Source: Sphingomonadales bacterium (GTDB taxonomy: Bacteria; Pseudomonadota; Alphaproteobacteria; Sphingomonadales; Sphingomonadaceae). From it: a stretch of 64,000 nt of DNA. Below are positions 55,428 through 64,000 of this stretch, in pieces (positions within the stretch are counted from its first letter, which is position 1; every line of letters starts with the position of its first letter). The notes under the pieces were generated by a model. The model was not told the DNA's origin. It did no database searches and saw nothing but the letters and a program-made list of their open reading frames with translations. Location of the stretch: contig JAIXUQ010000108.1 of the NCBI GenBank assembly GCA_027483465.1, forward strand, positions 49,178 to 113,177, read 5' to 3'. A program made the position numbers and the translations under genes.

Positions 55428-56438
55428 TCACAGCTTCAGCAGTTGCTTGCCGAAATTCTTGCCTTCGAACAGGCGGCGCAGCGTGGCGGGGCAATTTTCA
55501 AAGCCGTGCGCCACGTCCTCCGCCGTTTTCAGCTTGCCCGCCGCCATCAGCCTGGCCAGCTCCGCCACGCCCTCGCCATAGCGTTTGGCGAAATCGAGCA
55601 CGATGAAGCCTTCCATGCGCCCGCGCATCACGGTGAGGTTCATGTAATTGCGCAAGCCCGGCGAGCGGTCCTCCGCCGTGTCATTATAGCTGGAAATGCC
55701 GCCGCACAGCACCACCCGGGCGTTGAGCGCCAGATTGGCCAGCGCTGCATCGAGGATTTCACCGCCGACATTTTCAAACACCACATTCACCCCCTTGGGC
55801 GCATGCTGGCGGATCTGGCGGGCCACGCCACCGGCGCGATAATCGATGCAGGCATCGGCGCCGGCGGTTTCAACCACCCAGCGGCATTTTTCTGGCCCGC
55901 CGGCAATGCCGATCACCGTGCAGCCCAGCGCCTTGCCCACCTGCACCACCACGCTGCCAGTGGCGCCCGCCGCGCCCGAAACCAGGATCGTGTCCCCCGG
56001 CTTGGGCTGGCCGATCTCGGTCAGGCCAAACCATGCGGTCAGTCCAGTGGTGCCAAACACGCCCAGCGCCTGTTCCGGCGTCACCCCGGCGCGCAGCTTC
56101 GTCACCGGGCCGGTTTCGGTCATGCCGTCGCTCAGGGCATGTTCCTGCCAGCCGAACGTGCCCTGCACCATATCCCCCACCGCGAATTTGGGGTGGCGAC
56201 TTTCGATCACCTCACCGATGCCGCCGGCGCGCACCACGCCGCCGATCGGCACCGCCGGCAAATAGGTATCGCCGCCCAGCCAGCCGCGCTGGGTGGGATC
56301 AAAGGAAAAATGCGTCAGCTTCACCAGGAACTGGCCATCGCCCACCTCCGGCAGCGGCAGAGTGACCAGATCGAAATCCGTGTCCTGCACAGGGCCGTTC
56401 GGGCGCGACTTCAGCAGCCAGCGGCGGGTTGTTGCCAT
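55428..56438 (-). CDS. NADP-dependent oxidoreductase, MDR family (alkenal/one reductase, YncB/PTGR-like)
   Basis: 336 aa. ...GDTILVSGAAGATGSVVVQVGKALGCTVIGIAGG is the Rossmann AxxGxxG. The N-terminal GroES-like fold lacks Zn ligands. Confidence 0.85.
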   Translation of the reverse strand: MATTRRWLLKSRPNGPVQDTDFDLVTLPLPEVGDGQFLVKLTHFSFDPTQRGWLGGDTYLPAVPIGGVVRAGGIGEVIESRHPKFAVGDMVQGTFGWQEHALSDGMTETGPVTKLRAGVTPEQALGVFGTTGLTAWFGLTEIGQPKPGDTILVSGAAGATGSVVVQVGKALGCTVIGIAGGPEKCRWVVETAGADACIDYRAGGVARQIRQHAPKGVNVVFENVGGEILDAALANLALNARVVLCGGISSYNDTAEDRSPGLRNYMNLTVMRGRMEGFIVLDFAKRYGEGVAELARLMAAGKLKTAEDVAHGFENCPATLRRLFEGKNFGKQLLKL

Positions 56439-56508
56439 GATCCTTCTCCCCTTGGTTCGTTCTTGCGCGCCAGCATGCCCAGCCGATGCGGCGCCGGCAA
56501 GCCCATGC

Positions 56509-57423
56509 TCAGCCGGCCGGGCTGATCAGGCGGAACAGATCAGGCCGGGCATAATGGCCGGCGGGATCAAAATCGAAGCGAGCGCGCACCACGTCGGCCA
56601 GGTCAACCTCAGTCAGCAGCAGGCCCTCCCCGCCGCGCAACGGGCCGGCCAGCATGTCGCCCAGCGGCGAGACAATCAGGCTGCCGCCACCGATCATCGG
56701 CGCGTCAGCGGCCCGGTCGCGCAGGCTGATGTCATCACCCAGCGCCGTTGTCGCCGGCCCCTGCCACTGGCAGGCCGAAACCAGAAAGCAGCGGCTTTCC
56801 AAGGCGATATGGCGCATGGTGATTTCCCATTGCGGCCGTTCATCCACAGTGGGTGCCGCCCACAGGCTGATACCCTTTTCATACAGGGCCGCCCGAAACA
56901 GCGGCATATAGTTTTCCCAGCAGATCACCGGGCCGATGCGGCCGATCGGGCTTTCAAATGTCTGCACATCCTGTGGCCCGCCCTGCCCCCACACCAACCG
57001 CTCGGCTGCGGTTGGCATCAGCTTGCGGCGATGGCTGCCCAGGCGCCCATCGGGCGTCAGATGCAGGGCCGCGCAGTGCAACGTCGCCCCATCACGAATG
57101 ATCGCGCCGGCCACGATCGTGGCGCCAAGCTCGGCGGCCAATTGGCCCAGGGCTGCCACCTCCGGCCCATCCAGCGCGATGGCCTGTTCCCAATAGCGGC
57201 GGAAGGCGTCGCGGCCAGCCTGCGTGCGATAGCCCAGCCGCACGCCGAAATCGGCGCCCTTGGGATAGCCGCCCAGCAGGGCTTCGGGCAGCACCAGCAG
57301 ATCGGGCCGCGCTTCGGCCAGCCGGTCACGCCAGCCCAGCAGTTCGGCCAGCGTCTCGGCCGTGGTGGCGCGGCTGCCCAATTGCAATGCGGCCAGCCGT
57401 GCCATGCCTGTGGTGATGCTCAT
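56509..57423 (-). CDS. Carbon-nitrogen hydrolase (nitrilase-family) protein
   Basis: 304 aa. The catalytic triad context is LLVLPEALLGG (Glu) ...RRKLMPT (Lys) ...VICWENYMPL (Cys). Confidence 0.85.
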   Translation of the reverse strand: MSITTGMARLAALQLGSRATTAETLAELLGWRDRLAEARPDLLVLPEALLGGYPKGADFGVRLGYRTQAGRDAFRRYWEQAIALDGPEVAALGQLAAELGATIVAGAIIRDGATLHCAALHLTPDGRLGSHRRKLMPTAAERLVWGQGGPQDVQTFESPIGRIGPVICWENYMPLFRAALYEKGISLWAAPTVDERPQWEITMRHIALESRCFLVSACQWQGPATTALGDDISLRDRAADAPMIGGGSLIVSPLGDMLAGPLRGGEGLLLTEVDLADVVRARFDFDPAGHYARPDLFRLISPAG

Positions 57424-58466
57424 GCTGCCTCCAATCGGGCCATGGCCCAGGCCGCCGCTTCGGCGACCACCGGGTCGGGATCATCCAGATGCGCGCGCAC
57501 TGCCGGGATCAGTGCGGCATCGCTGCTGTTGCCGGCGGCATAGAGGCAATTGCGCAAAAATCGCTTCACCCCGATGCGCTTGATGGCCGATCCCGAAAAC
57601 AGCGCCCGGAACGACGCATCATCCAGCGCCAGCAACGCGGCCAGCTTCGGCGCGGTCAATTCGGCGCGCGGCAGGAAGGCCGGCTCCTCGGTGGCGCTCG
57701 CAAAGCGGTTCCACGGGCAGACCGACAGGCAATCATCACAGCCATAGATGCGGTTGGCCATCGGCTGGCGGAACGCTTCGGGGATCGGCCCGGCATGTTC
57801 GATCGTCAGATAGGCCAGGCAGCGCCGGGCATCCAGGCGATAAGGCGCAGGAAATGCCTGGGTTGGGCAGGCCGCCTGGCACCGGGTGCAGGAACCGCAG
57901 CGATCAGCGTGCGCCGGATCGGCCGGCAATTCCAGCGTGGTATAGATCGCCCCCAGAAACAGCCAGCTGCCATGCCGCCTTGAGACGAGATTGCTGTGCT
58001 TGCCCTGCCAGCCCAGCCCGGCGGCCGCCGCCAGCGGCTTTTCCATCACTGGCGCGGTGTCCACAAACACCTTCACCCCCGCCCCTGGCACCGCAGCCAC
58101 CAGCCAGCGCGCCAGCGCCTTCAGCCGCTTCTTGATCAGATCATGATAATCGCGGTTCCAGGCATAAACCGAAATCACGCCGGTATCGCCCACGCCTGCC
58201 AGCCGCAGCGGATCAAGCGGCGGGGCATAGCTGGTGCCGAGCATGATGACGCTCTTCACCTCTGGCCACAGGCCCTGCGGAGACGCGCGCTCGCCAGCGC
58301 GGCTTGCCATCCAGATCATGTCCCCATGGCAGCCTTCGGCCAGCCAGGCGCGCAGCCGTTCGCCGGCCTCGGGCACCGCATCGGCGGCGCAAACGCCCAC
58401 ATCGGCAAAGCCCAGCGCCCGTGCCTGGGCCTTGAGCGCCGGGATCAGTGCAGGCTGGCCAGCCAC
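57420..58466 (-). CDS. queG: tRNA epoxyqueuosine(34) reductase
   Basis: 348 aa. ...CGSCTRCQAACPTQAF... and ...GCDDCLSVCPWN... are the 4Fe-4S motifs. C-terminal HEAT-like repeats are present. ATGA overlap with the nitrilase gene. Confidence 0.9.
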   Translation of the reverse strand: MAGQPALIPALKAQARALGFADVGVCAADAVPEAGERLRAWLAEGCHGDMIWMASRAGERASPQGLWPEVKSVIMLGTSYAPPLDPLRLAGVGDTGVISVYAWNRDYHDLIKKRLKALARWLVAAVPGAGVKVFVDTAPVMEKPLAAAAGLGWQGKHSNLVSRRHGSWLFLGAIYTTLELPADPAHADRCGSCTRCQAACPTQAFPAPYRLDARRCLAYLTIEHAGPIPEAFRQPMANRIYGCDDCLSVCPWNRFASATEEPAFLPRAELTAPKLAALLALDDASFRALFSGSAIKRIGVKRFLRNCLYAAGNSSDAALIPAVRAHLDDPDPVVAEAAAWAMARLEAA

Positions 58467-59224
58467 GCCACCACCATGGCTGCCACCTGTTGTTCCAGAT
58501 CGCCCCAGAACAGCCAGTGCGGTGCGCCGGGCAGTTCGTGATAATCCACCGTGCCACCATTGCCGGCATTCAGGTTGCGCGCCGTGGCCCTGGCGATGCC
58601 GGGCGGGGTGATACGGTCATCGGTGCCCACCAGCACCAGCGCCGGCCGGGTGAGCCGGGCATAATCCACCCGCGTGCTGTGGCCGAACAGCGGCGGCAGC
58701 GCCATTTCGGCCAGCACATGGCCCGAATCCCACACCAGTGCCGCGATTTCGGCCCTGGCCACATCGTCGGGCACGCCGTTGAAGATGCCCCACAGCGCCC
58801 CTTCGGCATCACACAGGGTCGGTTCTTCCCACCATCCCCATTTCAGCACGACATTCTTCAGCGTGCGCAAGGGATCAAGGCTGAGGCTCTGGCTGTTGGC
58901 CGCCGCCGCCGGCGACAGCAGCACCAGCCCGGCATGATCGATGCGCGCGGCCAGCAGTTGGGCCAGCAGGCTGCCCATCGAATGGCCCAGAATGATCGGC
59001 GGCGCCGGCAGCTTCAGCGCCTCGGCCTCAAGCTGATCAACATAGGCACGCACGGGCAGCTGGCGCAGGCCCGGCGCCGGCGGCAGGCTGACGGGCCGGT
59101 CATGAAACAACAGGCAGGGGGCATGGGTGGCGTGACCGGCGGCTTCCAGCGCCACGCGCACCCGATCAAACGTGGCCGGGGTGGACCACATGCCATGGAT
59201 GAGGAGGATCGGCGGCTTCAGCAC
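58445..59224 (-). CDS. Alpha/beta-fold hydrolase
   Basis: 259 aa. PILLIHGMWSTP and the nucleophile elbow ILGHSMGSLLA (G-x-S-x-G). Confidence 0.75.
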   Translation of the reverse strand: MLKPPILLIHGMWSTPATFDRVRVALEAAGHATHAPCLLFHDRPVSLPPAPGLRQLPVRAYVDQLEAEALKLPAPPIILGHSMGSLLAQLLAARIDHAGLVLLSPAAAANSQSLSLDPLRTLKNVVLKWGWWEEPTLCDAEGALWGIFNGVPDDVARAEIAALVWDSGHVLAEMALPPLFGHSTRVDYARLTRPALVLVGTDDRITPPGIARATARNLNAGNGGTVDYHELPGAPHWLFWGDLEQQVAAMVVAWLASLH

Positions 59225-61479
59225 ACCACCCCGGTGGACGCCAGCACCCCAAGCGTGACGATGTCATTGGCGCTGGCGTTCATCGGCACGATCTGCACCG
59301 GCAGGTTCATGTTGACCAGCATCGGGCCCACCACGCGCAGATTGGCCACTTCCTTGATCAGCTTGGCCGCGATGTTGGCGCTGTGCAGGCCGGGCATGAT
59401 CAGCACATTGGCCGGGCCCGACAGGCGATTGAACGGATATTGCGCCCGCATCGCCGGATTGAGCGCCACGTCGGCCGACATTTCGCCTTCATATTCAAAG
59501 CCCACCTGGCGCTGATCGAGCAAGGCCACCGCACCGCGCACGTTATCGACAAATTCGCCGCGCGGGTTGCCGAAATTCGAATAGCTGACAAAGGCCACCC
59601 GCGGTTCCTGGCCCAGCCGGCGGGCAACCGCCGCCGTTTCGATGGCGATGCTGGCCAGCGTCTCGGCCTTGGGGCGCTCTGTCACCGTGGTGTCGGCGAT
59701 GAAGATGGTCTGCTGCTTGCCCACCAGCATGTGGATGCCGAACGGCCGCTGCCCCGGCACCGGATCAATCACCTGGCGCACCTGGCGATAGGTGGTGGCG
59801 AAATTGCGGGTCACACCGGTCAGCATCAGATCGGCTTCGCCCAGGGCCACCAGCAGGGCACCAAACACGTTGCGTTCATGGTTGACCATGCGCTGCACGT
59901 CGCGGTGCAGCATGCCGCGGCGCTGCAACCGGCTGTAGAGATGATCGACCATGCGCGGCACCAGCGGCGAGATGGCGCTGTTGTGGATCTCGAAACTGTC
60001 GAGATCGGTCTCGCCCAGCCGGGCCAAGCCCTCACGCACCGGCTCCTCGCGGCCCACCAGCACCGGGGTGCCATAGCCGGCGTTCTTCCAGTTCACCGCG
60101 GCGCGCAGCACCACTTCCTGTTCGGCTTCGGCAAACACCGCCCGGCGCGGCCGGCTGCGGGCACTTTCGATCGCCCCCTGCAGGATCGAGGTGGTGGGAT
60201 TGAGCCGCCCGCGCAGTTCGTGGCGATAGGCATCCTCGTCAAAGAACGGCTTCTTCGCCACGCCCGATGCCATGGCCGCCTTGGCCACCGCGGTCGGCAC
60301 ATGCTCGATCAGGCGGGGATCGAACGGTGCCGGGATGATATATTCCGGGCCAAACACGCGCGCCTTGCCGCCATAGGCGGCGGCCACCTCATCAGGCACC
60401 GGCATGCGGGCCAGGCTGGCGATGGCATTGGCGGCGGCCAGCTTCATCTCCTCGTTGATCGCGGTGGCCCGCACATCCAGCGCACCCCGGAACAGATAGG
60501 GGAAGCACAGAACATTGTTGACCTGGTTGGGATAATCGCTGCGCCCGGTGGCCACGATGGCATCCTGGCGCACCTTGTGCACCTCTTCCGGGGTGATTTC
60601 CGGATCAGGGTTGGCCATGGCAAAGATGATCGGGTTGGCCGCCATGCTGGCCACCATCTCCGGCGTCACCGCGCCCTTCTGGGAAAGGCCCATGAACACA
60701 TCGGCGCCCACGATCGCTTCTTCCAGGCTGCGCGCCGGGGTATCGGCGGCATGGGCCGATTTCCACTGGTTCATGCCCTTCTCGCGGCCCTTGTAGATCA
60801 CGCCCGACGTGTCACACATGATGACATTCTTGACGCCATACAGCTTGATCAGTTCGGTACAGGCGATGGCCGCAGCCCCGGCACCATTCACCACCAGCTT
60901 CACATCCTCCGGCTTGCGGCCGGTCAGATGCATGGCGTTGATCAGCCCGGCGGCGGCCACGATGGCAGTGCCATGCTGATCATCGTGAAAGACCGGGATG
61001 TTCATCCGCTCCTTCAGGGTCGTCTCGATGATGAAGCATTCCGGCGCCTTGATATCCTCGAGGTTGATGCCGCCAAAGCTGGGTTCCAGCAGCTCGATCG
61101 CGGCAATGAAGCGATCAACATCTTCGGTCGCCACTTCCAGATCGATCGAATCGATGTCGGCAAAGCGCTTGAACAGCACCGCCTTGCCCTCCATCACCGG
61201 CTTGGAGGCCAGCGCACCCAGATTGCCCAGGCCCAGGATGGCGGTGCCGTTGGAGATGACGGCCACCAGATTGCCCTTGATGGTGTAATCATAGGCACTG
61301 TCAGGGTCGGCGGCGATCGCGCGTACCGGGGCGGCCACGCCGGGCGAATAGGCCAGGCTCAGGTCTCGCTGGGTCGCCATCGGCTTGGAGGCGACAATGT
61401 CGATCTTCCCGGCCTTGCCGGTGCGATGGTAGATCAGCGCCTCGCGATCGCCGAAATCATTGTCGGTGGTCTTGCTCAT
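59218..61479 (-). CDS. maeB: NADP-dependent malic enzyme (malic enzyme + PTA-like domain)
   Basis: 753 aa from ATG 61479. ...DLSLAYSPGVAAP...VISNGTAILGLGNLGALASKPVMEGKAVLFK... plus a C-terminal phosphotransacetylase-like domain. Confidence 0.9.
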   Translation of the reverse strand: MSKTTDNDFGDREALIYHRTGKAGKIDIVASKPMATQRDLSLAYSPGVAAPVRAIAADPDSAYDYTIKGNLVAVISNGTAILGLGNLGALASKPVMEGKAVLFKRFADIDSIDLEVATEDVDRFIAAIELLEPSFGGINLEDIKAPECFIIETTLKERMNIPVFHDDQHGTAIVAAAGLINAMHLTGRKPEDVKLVVNGAGAAAIACTELIKLYGVKNVIMCDTSGVIYKGREKGMNQWKSAHAADTPARSLEEAIVGADVFMGLSQKGAVTPEMVASMAANPIIFAMANPDPEITPEEVHKVRQDAIVATGRSDYPNQVNNVLCFPYLFRGALDVRATAINEEMKLAAANAIASLARMPVPDEVAAAYGGKARVFGPEYIIPAPFDPRLIEHVPTAVAKAAMASGVAKKPFFDEDAYRHELRGRLNPTTSILQGAIESARSRPRRAVFAEAEQEVVLRAAVNWKNAGYGTPVLVGREEPVREGLARLGETDLDSFEIHNSAISPLVPRMVDHLYSRLQRRGMLHRDVQRMVNHERNVFGALLVALGEADLMLTGVTRNFATTYRQVRQVIDPVPGQRPFGIHMLVGKQQTIFIADTTVTERPKAETLASIAIETAAVARRLGQEPRVAFVSYSNFGNPRGEFVDNVRGAVALLDQRQVGFEYEGEMSADVALNPAMRAQYPFNRLSGPANVLIMPGLHSANIAAKLIKEVANLRVVGPMLVNMNLPVQIVPMNASANDIVTLGVLASTGVVC

Positions 61480-61589
61480 GCCTGCACGCTTTCCCCGGAT
61501 ACCGTCTGCAGGGATAGAAGTGTGGCAGCATTGGGGCAAGAGCTTTGCGGCCCCTTCCCGCCGCGCGCCCCGCACGCTATCCCCGGCCG

Positions 61590-64000
61590 GTGACCGCCGC
61601 TTCCCCCATGATTGCCCAATATCTGGCCCTGAAGGCCGAGGCCGGCGATGCCCTGCTGTTCTTCCGCATGGGCGACTTTTACGAACTGTTCTTTGACGAT
61701 GCCGCGCTGGCCGCCGCCGCGCTGGATATCGCGCTGACGCGGCGCGGCGAACATCAGGGTGAGCCGATCCCGATGTGCGGCGTTCCGGCCCATTCCCACG
61801 AGAATTATCTGGCCCGGCTGATCCGCGCCGGCCACCGGGTCGCGATTGCCGAGCAGGTGGAAGACCCGGCCGAAGCCCGCAAGCGCGGCAGCAAGGCCGT
61901 GGTGGCCCGCGCCATCACCCGCATTGTCACGCCCGGCACCGTGACCGAGGCCGGCCTGCTGGAGCCCAAGCGCGCCAACTGGCTGGCGGCCCTGGCCGGC
62001 GAGGGCGAGCACTGGGCTCTGGCCTGGCTCGATCTTTCAACCGGTGCCTTCCACACCCGCGCCGGCCCTCTGGCCGAAATCAAGGCCGAACGCGCCCGGC
62101 TGGCGCCGGCGGAAACGCTGGTGCCCGAAGGGAGCGCGCTACCCTTCACGCCGCGCCCGGCGGCCGATTTTGCCCCTGCCCGCGCCGAAGCGGCGCTGAA
62201 ATCACGCTTTGGCGTTGCGACGCTGGATGGCTGGGGGCAGTTCAGCCGGGCCGAACTGGCGGCGGCCGGCGCGTGCCTGGCGTATGTGGCCGAAACCGCC
62301 CGGGCCGCCGCCCCCCTGCTGTTGCCGCCCCGCCAGGAACGGCCCGGTTCCACCATGGCCATCGATGCCGCCACCCGCGCCAGCCTCGAACTTTCGCGCA
62401 GCCACAGCCGCCACAGCCTGGAAGCCGCCATCGACCGCTGCGTCACTGCCGCGGGCTCGCGCCTGCTCGCCGCCGATCTGTCCGCCCCGCTCACCGATGT
62501 TGCCGCCATCACCCAGCGGCTTGATCTGGTTGGCTGGTTCATCGCCGATCCCTTGGGCCGCGCCGCCACCCGCGAGGCGCTGTCGGCCCTGCCCGATCTG
62601 GCGCGCGCCCTGGCCCGGATCAGCATCGGCCGCTGGTCCCCGCGCGATCTGGGCCAGGTGGCGGCCGGCCTCGCCGGGGCCCTGGCGCTGCGCCGCGCGC
62701 TGGCCGGCCGGGCGGCGGCGGCGCCGCTGCTGGCGCAACTGCTGGGCCAGATCGGCACCGGCGGCATCGGCGCGCTGGTGGAACAGCTGGCGCGTGCGCT
62801 GGTTGATGAACCGCCGATCGAATTGCCCGGCGCCATCCGCCCCGGCCATGATGCCGCGCTGGATGATCTGCGCGAAACCGCGCGCGATGGCCGCAGCGCC
62901 ATTGTCGCGCTGGAAACCCGGCTGAAATCGGAAACCGGCATCACCGCCCTGAAAATCCGCCACAACAATGTGCTGGGCTATCATATCGAAGTGCCGGCAG
63001 CCCGGGCCGATCCGCTGCTGCGGGCCGAAAGCGGCTTCATCCACCGGCAGACGATGGCCGGCGCCGTGCGCTTTTCCAGCCCGGAACTGGCCAGCCTGGC
63101 CGCCCGCATCCTCACCGCCGCCGATCACGCGCTGGCGGCCGAGGCGGCGCATCTGGAGGAATTGCGCGCCGCCGTGCTGGCCCATGCCCAGGCCATCACC
63201 GAAACCGCCGCCGCGCTGGCGCGCATCGATGTCGCCGCCGGCCTTGGCGAACTGGCAGCTGCGGAAAACTGGTGCCGGCCCAGCGTGGATGCCACCACCG
63301 CCTTCCACATCGCCGGCGGCCGCCATCCGGTGGTGGAACTGGCCACGCGCCGGCAGGGCAACCGCTTCACGCCCAATGATTGCGATCTGTCGGCCGATGC
63401 GCGCGTCTGGCTGGTCACCGGCCCCAACATGGCGGGCAAATCCACCTTCCTGCGCCAGAACGCCCTGATCGCCGTGCTGGCCCAGGCCGGCAGCCACGTG
63501 CCTGCAGCCTCGGCCCATATCGGCGTGGTCGATCGGCTCTACAGCCGGGTGGGCGCCGCCGATGATCTGGCCGAGGGCCGCTCCACCTTCATGGTGGAGA
63601 TGGTGGAGACCGCCGCCATCCTGTCGGGCGCCACCGACCGGTCGCTGGTGATCCTGGATGAGGTTGGCCGCGGCACCTCCACCTATGATGGCCTCGCCAT
63701 CGCCTGGGCGGTGCTGGAGGCGGTGCATGATGATCTGCGCTGCCGCTGCCTGTTTGCCACCCATTATCACGAACTCGTGCCCTTGACGGCGAAGCTCGCC
63801 AGCCTGGCCAGCGTGACGGTGAAGGTGCGCGAATGGAAAGGGGATCTGGTGTTCCTGCACCAGGTCGCCCCCGGCGCGGCCGACAAGAGCTATGGCCTCG
63901 CCGTTGCCCGTCTCGCCGGCATCCCCGCCCCGGTGCTGGCGCGCGCGCGGGCGATCCTGGCCCGGCTGGAGGCGCGGCGCGAGCAGACCGGCGGGATCGC
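61590..64000 (+). CDS. mutS: DNA mismatch repair protein MutS, 5' part (runs off the window)
   Basis: This frame is open to the window end, so it is absent from the ORF track. It reads (V)TAASPMIAQYLALKAEAGDALLFFRMGDFYELFFDDA...GPNMAGKSTFLRQ (Walker A)...DEVGRGTSTYDG...GLAVARLAGIP. GTG 61590 or ATG 61608 is the start. Confidence 0.9.
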   Translation, partial: MTAASPMIAQYLALKAEAGDALLFFRMGDFYELFFDDAALAAAALDIALTRRGEHQGEPIPMCGVPAHSHENYLARLIRAGHRVAIAEQVEDPAEARKRGSKAVVARAITRIVTPGTVTEAGLLEPKRANWLAALAGEGEHWALAWLDLSTGAFHTRAGPLAEIKAERARLAPAETLVPEGSALPFTPRPAADFAPARAEAALKSRFGVATLDGWGQFSRAELAAAGACLAYVAETARAAAPLLLPPRQERPGSTMAIDAATRASLELSRSHSRHSLEAAIDRCVTAAGSRLLAADLSAPLTDVAAITQRLDLVGWFIADPLGRAATREALSALPDLARALARISIGRWSPRDLGQVAAGLAGALALRRALAGRAAAAPLLAQLLGQIGTGGIGALVEQLARALVDEPPIELPGAIRPGHDAALDDLRETARDGRSAIVALETRLKSETGITALKIRHNNVLGYHIEVPAARADPLLRAESGFIHRQTMAGAVRFSSPELASLAARILTAADHALAAEAAHLEELRAAVLAHAQAITETAAALARIDVAAGLGELAAAENWCRPSVDATTAFHIAGGRHPVVELATRRQGNRFTPNDCDLSADARVWLVTGPNMAGKSTFLRQNALIAVLAQAGSHVPAASAHIGVVDRLYSRVGAADDLAEGRSTFMVEMVETAAILSGATDRSLVILDEVGRGTSTYDGLAIAWAVLEAVHDDLRCRCLFATHYHELVPLTAKLASLASVTVKVREWKGDLVFLHQVAPGAADKSYGLAVARLAGIPAPVLARARAILARLEARREQTGGI

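Noticed and set aside
59383-61593. 736-aa plus-strand ORF
   Set aside because: It is antisense to maeB. Shadow ORF.
62202-63860. 552-aa minus-strand ORF, plus several other ORFs in 61.7-63.6 kb
   Set aside because: All overlap the mutS frame. That frame is open to the window end and carries the MutS N-terminal and Walker A motifs.

Overview
This is a 64-kb high-GC window. Gene content looks alphaproteobacterial and sphingomonad-like, which is my inference. No searches or computations were run, so every family call comes from motifs read in the supplied translations, and many start codons are uncertain.

**Genomic island (bases 1 to about 20.5 kb).** A composite island sits against the 3' end of tRNA-Ser(GGA) at 20494-20584. 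Its backbone genes are a P4-type tyrosine integrase, an AlpA-like regulator and a DUF736 gene. The island has two modules.

- **Defence module (1-7753), visibly more A/T-rich.**
  - A partial HigA antitoxin gene.
  - A PaeR7I/XhoI-like type II restriction-modification (R-M) pair.
  - A translationally coupled three-gene operon (2716-6435): an SMC/Rad50-like ABC ATPase with a CxxC-x19-CxxC insert in its coiled coil, a 216-aa middle protein, and a protein with a C-terminal PD-(D/E)xK nuclease core.
  - A convergent second DNA methyltransferase whose 3' end overlaps the nuclease gene.
  - The three-gene operon is the best candidate for a non-canonical Lamassu / ABC-three-component-like defence system.
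- **Metal module (about 8.1-16.9 kb).**
  - A Cys-rich secreted peptide pair.
  - A MerR-family regulator co-transcribed with a TonB-dependent receptor.
  - arsR-arsC-acr3-arsH.
  - merR-merT-merP plus a GDCCVxC gene, with no merA.
  - These cassettes are separated by five copies of a 19-bp palindrome, GTCTTGCACCGTGCAAGAC.

**Core genome (rest of the window).**
- A 731-aa flagellin with duplicated IN-motif modules and no flagellar neighbours.
- An acylase, a glycosyltransferase and a large TonB-dependent receptor.
- tRNA-Val(TAC), next to an intergenic region holding two inverted ~135-nt structured repeats that differ by compensatory stem changes.
- Tandem DUF4139 paralogs and a YciI/ECF-sigma pair.
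- A split-MetH methionine operon.
- groES-groEL with a CIRCE operator.
- queG, maeB and the 5' part of mutS.

The long ORFs antisense to real genes are GC-driven shadow frames and were rejected.
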